Shown: positions 1 to 6,829, counted from the stretch's first letter. The stretch is DNA of 9,386 nucleotides from Leidyana gryllorum EB-2025a (GCA_048772705.1 JBLWGC010000193.1:1-9386), one strand, 5' to 3'. The notes: a model not told the origin generated them from the sequence alone. Made by a program: numbers and translations.

Positions 1-222
1 CCACAGATGCAGAACACGATCTTGTGAATCTTGTACGTGGCGACAGCCATTCCTCTTAAGCCTATCGATGCAAACTCATCATGCTACCATTTTGCAGTCG
101 GAATCGCACACAGGTTATCTCGATGGCAGCGAGCGACTCTTCCACTAGACCACAGATGCAGAACACGATCTTGTAAATCTTGTACGTGGTGACAGCCATT
201 CCTCTTAAGCCTATCGATGCAA
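1..222. repeat. Direct repeat, 73 bp (1-73 = 150-222), covering the tRNA-Gly 5' end plus upstream flank
   Basis: CCACAGATGCAGAACACGATCTTGT...CCTATCGATGCAA occurs twice at 149-bp offset with 2 substitutions. Confidence 0.9.
93..159 (-). pseudogene. tRNA-Gly(GCC) pseudogene
   Basis: Degenerate copy of 1210-1280; 5' half GCATCTGTGGTCTAGTGG kept, T-arm and acceptor disrupted. Confidence 0.75.
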
Positions 223-225
223 CAA

Positions 226-297
226 AGCCTTCTGCCGGAATCGAACCGGCGACTTCTCGCTTACGAAGCGAACGCTCTGCCCCTAAGCTAAGAAGGC
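226..297 (-). tRNA. tRNA-Thr(CGT)
   Basis: GCCTTCT/AGAAGGC acceptor, anticodon arm TTCGC-TTCGTAA-GCGAG, T-arm GCCGG-TTCGATT-CCGGC, U discriminator. Confidence 0.9.
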
Positions 298-373
298 AAT
301 GTAAGTTGGAGATAACGAAACGATGGCTACTGACGGAGATTAGTGGAGCACTTTGCTCGAGTACTTCAATGAC

Positions 374-446
374 TTCCACTGCCGGGACTTGAACCCGGAT
401 CGTGCGGGTGAGAGCCGCATATCCTAGCCACTTAGACTATAGTGGA
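374..446 (-). tRNA. tRNA-Glu(CTC), one acceptor mismatch
   Basis: Identical to 6983-7055 except G7A; loop CT-CTC-AC. Confidence 0.85.
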
Positions 447-544
447 CAAGTAGTCGAGTTTAGGCTTCGGCCGAAAGCCGAACCGACTCGGAAAGATTCC
501 ACCATCAATACGACTGGAATTTGTTACCAAGTCCGAGCTTTCTT

Positions 545-608
545 GCCGCCCCAACTCCGTCGGTAGAGCGCAAGACTTTTGAAGGGAGAACCGCGGGTTC
601 GGGCGGCG
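545..608 (+). pseudogene. tRNA-Lys(TTT) pseudogene
   Basis: GCCGCCC...GGTAGAGCGCAAGACTTTT matches the Lys copies; 3' anticodon stem scrambled and T-arm partly deleted. Confidence 0.8.
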
Positions 609-678
609 CGAGCAGTCCTAGTAAAGCTCGCTGAATCGTATGTGAAGCCACTGGCCGCAAAATGCCAAGTTCGACAGC

Positions 679-760
679 GGCAACTTGCCCGAGTGGTTAA
701 GGGGGTAGACTAGAAATCTACTGGGCCTGGCCCGCGCTGGTTCAAATCCAGCAGTTGTCG
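679..760 (+). tRNA. tRNA-Ser(AGA)
   Basis: 82 nt with long variable arm; GTAGA-CTAGAAA-TCTAC; acceptor GGCAACT/AGTTGTC, G73. Confidence 0.95.
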
Positions 761-879
761 TGTGCTGCGATCATCGGAGTAGGCGGCTGGGCTCAAAACA
801 CCAGCAGTACATGCTAAGGATTGCAGTGACGACGCAGAGGCATCAAGTAAGTGAATCGGTGCCATCTGTCGTCGGAGGC

Positions 880-953
880 GGTCGCGTAGCTCAGTCGGTT
901 AGAGCGTGAGCCTAATAAGCTCAAGGTCCCCGGTTCGAGCCCGGGCGTGACCA
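880..953 (+). tRNA. tRNA-Ile(AAT)
   Basis: GGTCGCG/CGTGACC acceptor; TGAGC-CTAATAA-GCTCA; canonical T-arm. Confidence 0.95.
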
Positions 954-1050
954 AGGCAGTGGATCTGTGATACAGAGTTGCCCTCGACCCGAAGAAGCCC
1001 CAACATTCTACGACGAATACGGATGGAATCTGTTACTAAGTTCGACAGTC

Positions 1051-1133
1051 GCCAACTTGCCCGAGTGGGGAAGGGGAGAAGATTTGATCTCTACAGGGCC
1101 TGGGCCGGGCTGGTGCAGATCCAGCAGTTGTCG
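1051..1133 (+). pseudogene. tRNA-Ser pseudogene
   Basis: Degenerate copy of 679-760 with the same upstream AAGTTCGACAG flank; anticodon arm and T-loop disrupted. Confidence 0.85.
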
Positions 1134-1209
1134 TGCGATGTGATCGGAGGGGTCAGACACCAACTCAAGCGTGAATCCCTGGAATGGTGGGAAAACCAAC
1201 TGTGTCTTC

Positions 1210-1280
1210 TGCATCTGCCGGGAATCGAACCCGGGTCGTCTCGATGGCAACGAGACATTCTACCACTAGACCACAGATGC
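1210..1280 (-). tRNA. tRNA-Gly(GCC)
   Basis: 71-nt perfect cloverleaf; TCTCG-TTGCCAT-CGAGA. Confidence 0.95.
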
Positions 1281-1400
1281 ATAATATCTTGTTGAGCTAG
1301 TCGCCCGCTGTGCAGACCTCATAGCATTCCGTGGTTTTCGCCCCTCATCAGATACCTGTTTCCAGAGACACACGCCCCTTTCACAGTCCGAAAGCTCCGC

Positions 1401-1473
1401 GCAGCCATGGTCTAGTGGTTACGACGTCTGCTTCACACGCAGAAGGTCCCGAGTTCGATCCTCGGTGGCTGTA
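1401..1473 (+). tRNA. tRNA-Val(CAC)
   Basis: GCAGCCA/TGGCTGT acceptor; TCTGC-TTCACAC-GCAGA; CCGAG-TTCGATC-CTCGG. Confidence 0.92.
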
Positions 1474-1525
1474 GCTCGAAACTTTATCTGAGCACCACGA
1501 AGTCTGAAGCGGAAAAACTAAGTGT

Positions 1526-1557
1526 CTCCAAGACCGGGAATCGTACCCGGGTCCTCC
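1526..1557 (-). pseudogene. tRNA-Asp 3' fragment
   Basis: Matches the 3' 32 nt of the Asp copy at 6624-6695; the remainder is deleted. Confidence 0.75.
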
Positions 1558-1612
1558 CTTCTCGACACTTCACGAAAAGAAAACGTGTCAAGTGGCGAGC
1601 CAAGAACACTCC

Positions 1613-1692
1613 GGCATGATGGCCGAGTGGTCTAAGGCGCTGTGTTAAGGCCGCAGTTCGAAAGGGCGTGGGTTCGAATCCCACTCTTGTCA
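1613..1692 (+). tRNA. tRNA-Leu(AAG), one acceptor mismatch
   Basis: 80 nt with long variable arm; CTGTG-TTAAGGC-CGCAG; near-identical to 8136-8215. Confidence 0.85.
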
Positions 1693-1738
1693 ACCGTTGC
1701 ATTGTCATCCGATTCCCCCTCCGACACTTGCCTCCTTA

Positions 1739-1819
1739 TGCGAGAAGTGGGGTTCGAACCCACGCGGAATTAACCAGTGGATCTTAAGGCCACCCCCTTA
1801 ACCTCTCGGGCATTCTCGC
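1739..1819 (-). tRNA. tRNA-Leu(TAA)
   Basis: GCGAGAA/TTCTCGC acceptor; loop CT-TAA-GA; long variable arm; C31-U39 mismatch. Confidence 0.85.
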
Positions 1820-1884
1820 AATGCAGCATCGAAATAAGTAGTCTGGGGTTCCTGCGGGTAGCCAGTGCCGACCACGTGAGTGGG

Positions 1885-1922
1885 GTCTGAACACAGCGCC
1901 TTGCCCACTAGGGCATCTTGCC
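1885..1922 (-). pseudogene. tRNA-Leu(CAG) 5' fragment
   Basis: Reverse complement GGCAAGATGCCCTAGTGGGCAAGGCGCTGTGTTCAGAC resembles 8964-9043. Confidence 0.7.
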
Positions 1923-1926
1923 ACAT

Positions 1927-1971
1927 TCTGGTAGGCGCAAGTCTGCATGGGTGCGAATCCCATTCTGTGCA
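1927..1971 (+). pseudogene. 3' half of a class II (Leu-like) tRNA
   Basis: Variable-arm hairpin AGGC-GCAA-GTCT followed by ATGGG-TGCGAAT-CCCAT T-arm; a further decayed copy lies at about 2392-2425 (-). Confidence 0.55.
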
Positions 1972-2027
1972 ACGGTACTCATTCCAGGGCGGAATTGGCC
2001 ATTACATCGTGGCTCCCCCTAACATTC

Positions 2028-2101
2028 GGCTGTTCGGCCTAGTGGTATGATCCTTCCTTAGGGGGTGGAAGGAGTCTTGGGTTCGATTCCTAAAACAGCC
2101 T
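2028..2101 (+). pseudogene. tRNA-Pro(AGG) variant with 9-nt anticodon loop
   Basis: Pro body as 5949-6020 but loop TTAGGGGGT (+2 G) and U8C; followed by a T-run. Confidence 0.8.
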
Positions 2102-2198
2102 TTTTGCTAGCCGCTGACGAGGGTCTAGGAGAGTTATACACGCATCCCCTGTCTCAAATACGATAACGAGTCTTTCGAACTCCGCCTACCACGTCACT

Positions 2199-2233
2199 CG
2201 ACAGCTGCTAGATTCGAACCAGTGGGGCCAGGC
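2199..2233 (-). pseudogene. tRNA-Ser 3' fragment
   Basis: CGACAGCTGCTAGATTCGAACCAGTGGGGCCAGGC resembles the reverse complement of the Ser 3' end (725-760). Confidence 0.6.
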
Positions 2234-2278
2234 GATACTGACGACTCAGGTGTTTAAGACAGTGAGGCTGTGGGTTGT

Positions 2279-2351
2279 GCGGTGGTGGCGCAATGGATAG
2301 CGTGTTGCCCTCCGGAGGCAAAGGTTGTGGGTTCGAGTCCCGCCCACCGTT
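2279..2351 (+). tRNA. tRNA-Arg(CCG)
   Basis: GCGGTGG/CCACCGT acceptor; TTGCC-CTCCGGA-GGCAA; GTGGG-TTCGAGT-CCCGC. Confidence 0.92.
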
Positions 2352-2540
2352 CTCGTGGTCCCGCTCAACCGTGGAATCGAGAAGAGTGGCTGCCATTCGC
2401 AGCCATGCAGACTTGCGCCATCCAAACTCAAGTTTGGCACCGCAGGCCACCGCGATCTGTGCCGCAGTGTTGAGCTTGAGGGCTCGAAGTGCCACTGTTG
2501 AGGAACCGAGGCTGGAAAAGTTCGCTTGGGTTTAGCGGAT

Positions 2541-2612
2541 AGGCGGCTATCACAAGTGCCAGAGAGGTGACTTTGCAGGCCAAATGTGCGGGGGTCGATA
2601 CCAGGTCGAGGA
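2541..2612 (+). pseudogene. Highly decayed tRNA-Ala(TGC)
   Basis: AGCGGAT-AGGCGGCTA...CTTTGCA...TCGATACCAGGTCG aligns with 8269-8348. Confidence 0.55.
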
Positions 2613-2671
2613 GCTCTCGAAGAAAACACGCCTGTGAATCATTCCTATAAGTGTGTCCCCCTGCGGGCGCT

Positions 2672-2745
2672 CACCAGTGCGTCGTTTCGATCGACGGAAC
2701 TTTGGGTCATGAGCCCAACACTCTCCTCGTGTCTCTGTGAGTGCT
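2672..2745 (-). pseudogene. Initiator tRNA-Met(CAT) pseudogene
   Basis: Reverse complement has TTGGG-CTCATGA-CCCAA (three G-C pairs) and T-loop ATCGAAA (A54, A60), both eukaryotic iMet hallmarks; D-arm and acceptor are decayed. Confidence 0.75.
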
Positions 2746-2852
2746 ACAGCCTCTGTCGATCTTTCGACTGCACTTGTGGTCTGACGGCAAAATGCGACCG
2801 TGCTGAGGTCGTAACGCGGACTGAGTTCCCGCAGGTGCAGCCGTATGCAAGT

Positions 2853-2918
2853 TGGAGGACCTGTCTATCGTTCTCATCTGGCATGTCAATGAGCACTCTA
2901 CCCTTTGAGCTAGCGGTC
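2853..2918 (-). pseudogene. Decayed tRNA-Ala
   Basis: Aligns with 4115-4187 including the adjacent flank GTGCAGCCGTA. Confidence 0.65.
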
Positions 2919-3048
2919 TCCAACTTAGAAGAGCTATTGCATGCCCTGCTTGATGAGTGGACGATTGCCTGTTGAGAATCTGCGGAACGCTGCTGGCAAG
3001 CTGGAGTCGCACGGCTGTGAGGGATGACACCAAATATCACAACCTCTC

Positions 3049-3121
3049 TGCCTCGGCCGTGGATCGAACACGGGACTTCCAGATCTTCAGTCTGGCGCTC
3101 TCCCAACTGAGCTACCGAGGC
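3049..3121 (-). tRNA. tRNA-Phe(GAA)
   Basis: Perfect 73-nt cloverleaf; CCAGA-CTGAAGA-TCTGG. Confidence 0.96.
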
Positions 3122-3234
3122 GGTAGGTTCACGGAAGGCGGTGAAGATGAGCACCTACCGCGGCCGTATGTGGGGCCACTGCCCGCTCAAAATGCGAGGA
3201 CTTCTGGGGTTGGAGGCGGGCGTGTTTACTAGCG

Positions 3235-3304
3235 TCCGAGATAGTATAGTGGTCAGTATTCCGCCTTCACGCGGGAGACGCGGGTTCGATTCCCGGTCTT
3301 GGAG
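3235..3304 (+). pseudogene. tRNA-Asp-derived copy with G34 deleted (loop CTTCAC)
   Basis: Asp body as 9137-9208 with two 1-nt deletions and a T-stem mismatch. Confidence 0.8.
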
Positions 3305-3416
3305 CAGTTCCAGCCCTCACAACTGCTGCATCTCAGATTTTGCCTCAGCTGGTTTGGACTTCATCCGGGATGGTGGAGTTTGCGAGCAGCTTGCAGGTGC
3401 CCAGTCGATGCAGTCG

Positions 3417-3487
3417 AGCCTTCTGCCCGAATCGAACCCGCGACCTTTCACTTACTAAGCGAATGCTCTGCCCCAAGCTAAGAAGGC
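3417..3487 (-). pseudogene. tRNA-Thr(AGT), degenerate
   Basis: Paralog of 226-297 with similar flank; loop TT-AGT-AA; two G-G T-stem mismatches and a D-loop deletion. Confidence 0.8.
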
Positions 3488-3615
3488 AATGTCAACTGGA
3501 CATCACGAATGAGTCCCTATTGACGGAAGTTACTGAAGCACATTGTTCCACCACTTAATACTTCCACTGCTCCACCCACCGGCAAATAGGGTGTAACTAA
3601 GTTTAGAGCTTCCTT

Positions 3616-3688
3616 GCCGCCCTAGCTCAGTCGGTAGAGCGCAAGACTCTTAATCTTGCAGTCGCGGGTTCGAGCCCCGCGGGCGGTG
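3616..3688 (+). tRNA. tRNA-Lys(CTT)
   Basis: CAAGA-CTCTTAA-TCTTG; canonical A and B boxes. Confidence 0.95.
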
Positions 3689-3737
3689 CAAATCAATGTC
3701 TCTGGAAGCCGTTACCTACAACCACACTCTGCTGGAT

Positions 3738-3810
3738 TTCCACTGCCGGGACTTGAACCCGGATCGTGCGGGTGAAAGCCGCATATCCTAGCCACTTAGA
3801 CTACAGTGGA
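3738..3810 (-). tRNA. tRNA-Glu(TTC)
   Basis: Perfect cloverleaf; differs from Glu(CTC) 6983-7055 only at position 34. Confidence 0.94.
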
Positions 3811-3927
3811 CAACTCCCTCAGCTGCAGCTTTAGCCGAGAGCCGTACCCTCTTGACAAGACGTGGTTGCAGAATCCTGTTGTAGAAAAAGGAGGATCTCT
3901 ATACTAACCTCTGAACCATTGTAGCCG

Positions 3928-4000
3928 GGTCTTGTCGCTCAGTCGGCAGAGCGTGTGGCTGTTAACCACAAAGTCGCAGGTTCGAAACCTGCCAGGACCG
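3928..4000 (+). tRNA. tRNA-Asn(GTT)
   Basis: GGTCTTG/CAGGACC acceptor; TGTGG-CTGTTAA-CCACA; G73. Confidence 0.92.
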
Positions 4001-4114
4001 GTTTCAGAGGCACACTAAACACTGAGTGCGCTGGTGTGCCAATGGCACTTGTGGTCTGCGACCTTCAAAGATGGAAGTTTGTTTGGATCCCGCCACGTGC
4101 AGCCGTACGTACTT

Positions 4115-4187
4115 TGGACGACCTGGGTATCGATCCCAGTACCTCTCGCATGCGAAGCGAGCGCTCTACCATCTGAGCTAGCCGCCC
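4115..4187 (-). tRNA. tRNA-Ala(CGC)
   Basis: G3-U70 identity pair; CTCGC-TTCGCAT-GCGAG; T-loop ATCG typical of eukaryotic Ala. Confidence 0.94.
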
Positions 4188-4211
4188 ATCCGCTCATCCG
4201 CTCTACATGGA

Positions 4212-4517
4212 TGATGCGTCATTTTGAACCTGATCTGCATTCTTTCAGTTAAGCCCCAGAGTCAATGACGGCCTAAGGCCTTTAGGTTAAGCTAGATCTA
4301 CGTGCCAGCCTGGTTAAGGGAGACACGAGCACGACACACACGTTTTCATTATTCATTTTTCATTACATTCCAATACAACTATTTCAATTACGGGCACTTA
4401 CCAGACCAAAACCCAACTTCAGAATACCCAGATTAGCCATCAGTATAGATTATGGACCCAATGCATCCAACTGGGGACGGAACCAGCGATTCGGCGGATG
4501 TTCCGCCTATCAAACCA
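4212..4517. mobile_element. Probable solo LTR (306 bp, TG...CA, 5-bp TSD ATGGA)
   Basis: Absent from the paralogous empty site (8216-8275, reverse complement ...CTCTACATGGAAAACC...). ATGGA is at 4207-4211 and 4518-4522; the insert starts TG and ends CA. Confidence 0.75.
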
Positions 4518-4566
4518 ATGGAAGACCCATTGCATCCAGTGGCTGACCGAGGGCCGATACAACGGC

Positions 4567-4646
4567 TGACAAGAGTGGGATTCGCACCCACGCCCTTTCG
4601 GACTGCGGCCTTAAAACAGCGCCTTGGACCACTCGGCCATCTTGCC
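4567..4646 (-). pseudogene. tRNA-Leu(AAG), degenerate
   Basis: Copy of 8136-8215 with T-loop TGCG and an anticodon-stem mismatch. Confidence 0.8.
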
Positions 4647-4741
4647 GGAGTGCCCTTGGCTCGCCACTTTACACGCTTTCTGTCCGTGAAGTCTCGAGAA
4701 GGGAGGACTTTTGGGGTTGAAGGCCGGGGTATCCACGAGCG

Positions 4742-4813
4742 TCCGAGATAGTATAGTGCTTAGTATTTCCGCCTGTCACTCGGAAGACCCGCGTTCGATT
4801 ACCGGTCTCGGAG
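4742..4813 (+). pseudogene. tRNA-Asp(GTC), degenerate
   Basis: Loop CT-GTC-AC; D-loop GG to GC, with T-stem and anticodon-stem mismatches. Confidence 0.8.
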
Positions 4814-4866
4814 ACACTGCGTTCTTCCGCTTTAGATTTCGTGGTGCTCGCCTGACAAACGCGAGT

Positions 4867-4939
4867 TACAGCCACCGATGATTGAACTCGGGACCTTCTG
4901 CGTGTTAACCAGACGTCGTTACCACTAGACCGTGGCTGC
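4867..4939 (-). pseudogene. tRNA-Val(AAC), degenerate
   Basis: Val body; loop TT-AAC-AC; U8C, C31G and C61A changes. Confidence 0.8.
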
Positions 4940-4994
4940 ACGAATGGTCCCCGCAGATCAAGAGATGGCGAAAATTCAGGGAGTAGTGAGGGCC

Positions 4995-5054
4995 GAATCG
5001 AACCCAGGTCGGGAGATTCAGAGTCTCCAGTGCTAACCACTACACCACGCAACC
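4995..5054 (-). pseudogene. tRNA-Gln(CTG), 3'-truncated
   Basis: Matches 6458-6529 up to the T-loop; 3' T-stem and acceptor strands lost. Confidence 0.85.
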
Positions 5055-5214
5055 GCTTCAGCCCATCCCAGAAGAGTCGGTAGAATTATCCGGACTAGCA
5101 CTTTCTCAAATGAACACACCCAACACGCCCGTAATCTGTGCCGTACTTGAGAGCTTGAAGTGTCACTTTTGAGGTTCTGAGGTTGCGCCTGCGAATCTCG
5201 TCACAGTTGGACAG

Positions 5215-5294
5215 CCGGGGGTAGCTCAGTTGGTGGAGAATCTGACTGTAGTACTGGCATCCGATAGTCGGCGGGTCGATTCCGTCCCACCGGA
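5215..5294 (+). pseudogene. tRNA-Tyr(GTA) with 7-nt intron-like insert, degenerate
   Basis: TCTGA-CTGTAG-[TACTGGC]-ATCCGA; acceptor CCGGGGG/CCACCGG; D-arm and U54 altered. Confidence 0.75.
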
Positions 5295-5482
5295 AGTAGA
5301 GAGGTGCTGTGCAAACTACTACTCAACCTGATGGACTTTGGCAAAAGCGTTGATGGGCCAACTGGAGTTAATCCGGCGAAGATTCCATGCATATATAACT
5401 CAAATGTTGTCTTAGCTGTCGGGAGCAGCATATCTCATCCGACCTTGGATAGACTGGCGTTTTGAGTCAACAAGTACCAGAC

Positions 5483-5554
5483 GGGCTGTTCTGGGAATCG
5501 AACCCAGGACTTCTTCCACCCAAAGGAAGGATCATATCACTACACCAAACAGCC
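5483..5554 (-). tRNA. tRNA-Pro(TGG), D-arm variant
   Basis: CTTCC-TTTGGGT-GGAAG; D-loop GG to GA, possibly non-functional. Confidence 0.75.
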
Positions 5555-5657
5555 GAATATTTGGGTGCATGCGACGGGATATACACACGGAGACATGAAT
5601 TGACTTCCACTGTCCACCCAACGGCAAATAGGGTGTAACTAAGTTTAGAGCTTCCTT

Positions 5658-5730
5658 GCCGCCCTAGCTCAGTCGGTAGAGCGCAAGACTCTTAATCTTG
5701 CAGTCGCGGGTTCGAGCCCCGCGGGCGGTG
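5658..5730 (+). tRNA. tRNA-Lys(CTT)
   Basis: Identical to 3616-3688. Confidence 0.95.
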
Positions 5731-5794
5731 CGGATTAATGTCTCTGGTGGGAGTATAAAAGAAATATTTTGCTTGCAAGCACACTCAGCTGAAT

Positions 5795-5867
5795 TTCCCG
5801 TGCCGGGACTTGAGCCAGGGTCAAGCGGGTGTAAGCCTCATATCCAAGCCACATAGACTACAGTGGA
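5795..5867 (-). pseudogene. tRNA-Glu-derived pseudogene (anticodon mutated to TAC)
   Basis: Glu body with many substitutions in all arms; loop CT-TAC-AC. Confidence 0.85.
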
Positions 5868-5948
5868 CGAGTCCCCGAGTTGAGGCTTCGGACGAGAGCC
5901 GTACCATGTTGAGATGAGGTGGAGCGTCGGGTTAACCGACAACCAACG

Positions 5949-6020
5949 GGGCTGTTCTGGGAATCGAACCCAGGACTCCTTCCACCCTAAGGAAGGATCA
6001 TACCACTAGACCAAACAGCC
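5949..6020 (-). tRNA. tRNA-Pro(AGG)
   Basis: Intact 72-nt cloverleaf; CTTCC-TTAGGGT-GGAAG. Confidence 0.94.
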
Positions 6021-6109
6021 GCCTAGCCGGTGGTTCAACCCGCTGGGTACAGTCGAGAGAGTGGTCATACGATGTTGAGAACAAAAAAATGCGATGGGGT
6101 CTGCACAAT

Positions 6110-6182
6110 GGGCTACTGGCTCAAATGGTAGAGCGCTCGCTTGGCATGCGAGAGGTACTGGGATCGATGCCCAGGTCGTCCA
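6110..6182 (+). tRNA. tRNA-Ala(GGC), one acceptor mismatch
   Basis: Ala body with G3-U70; loop TT-GGC-AT; U5-C68 mismatch. Confidence 0.75.
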
Positions 6183-6300
6183 AACTTCGTAGTCTGCAAC
6201 TGCCGGTATTTAAATACATATTTACGACCTTGGAAGGGTCCAAGAGCCGTCTAGAGAGTACGGTGCCGCAGTATGTGTGAAGGTTGCCTCGAGACCGGAT

Positions 6301-6352
6301 CTGCGAGTTTGTATTTTACAACCACACGCTCTGCCGACTAAAGTACAAGAGC
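6301..6352 (-). pseudogene. tRNA-Asn relic
   Basis: CCACACGCTCTGCCGACT matches the reverse complement of 3928-4000; upstream flank also shared. Confidence 0.7.
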
Positions 6353-6457
6353 CAGTTCAATATCTCAGAGGTTAGTAGAGATACGCGTGTTGCATGTGTC
6401 CGGTTAGGGAGGGCTAGTCCGGATGGCTTTACCAACTCTTTTGGGAAGGACTGAATG

Positions 6458-6529
6458 GGTTGCGTGGTGTAGTGGTTAGCACTGGAGACTCTGAATCTCC
6501 TGACCTAGGTTCGATTCCCGGCGCGACCT
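6458..6529 (+). tRNA. tRNA-Gln(CTG)
   Basis: GGTTGCG/CGCGACC acceptor; GGAGA-CTCTGAA-TCTCC; one T-stem mismatch. Confidence 0.88.
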
Positions 6530-6583
6530 CTAGTGGTCACGACGTCTGCTTCACACGCAGAAGCTCCCGGCTTCAATCCTCGG
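6529..6583 (+). pseudogene. tRNA-Val(CAC) internal fragment fused to the Gln 3' end
   Basis: TCTAGTGGTCACGACGTCTGCTTCACACGCAGAAG matches 1411-1465; both acceptor strands missing. Confidence 0.85.
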
Positions 6584-6623
6584 AACCAGGGGAGACGATC
6601 TTAAGCGAAACCAACTAAGTGTG

Positions 6624-6695
6624 CTCCGAGACCGGGAATCGAAGCCGGGTCTTCCGAGTGACAGGCGGAAATACTAACCACTATACTATCTCGGA
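6624..6695 (-). pseudogene. tRNA-Asp(GTC), degenerate
   Basis: Loop CT-GTC-AC; G53C B-box change and C31-U39 mismatch. Confidence 0.78.
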
Positions 6696-6829
6696 CGCCC
6701 TGAACACGCCGGCCTCCAACCCCAGAAGTCCTTCCATTTTGTTGTGCAGACCCCGTCGCATTTTGTTGATTCTAAACATAGTATGACCACTCTCGCGACT
6801 GTGCTCACCGGGTTGCACGACCGACAGGC

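Larger units (their letters stand above)
3928..6021 (+). repeat. Left arm of large inverted duplication
   Basis: Gene order Asn-Ala-Leu-Asp-Val-Gln-Tyr-Pro-Lys-Glu-Pro is mirrored at 8410-6828; core spacers are near-identical (5555-5657 matches 7189-7291 exactly by eye). Confidence 0.92.

Noticed and set aside
93-2918. tRNA-derived SINE family
   Set aside because: The degenerate copies retain their original genomic flanks and lack common tails, poly-A or TSDs, indicating DNA-level duplication rather than retroposition.
3235-3304. Selenocysteine tRNA
   Set aside because: 70 nt, no long variable arm or 9/4 fold; clearly Asp-derived.
5795-5867. Glu-to-Val alloacceptor (TAC anticodon in Glu body) as a genetic-code change
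   Set aside because: Acceptor, D, anticodon and T arms all carry disruptive substitutions, so it is a pseudogene.
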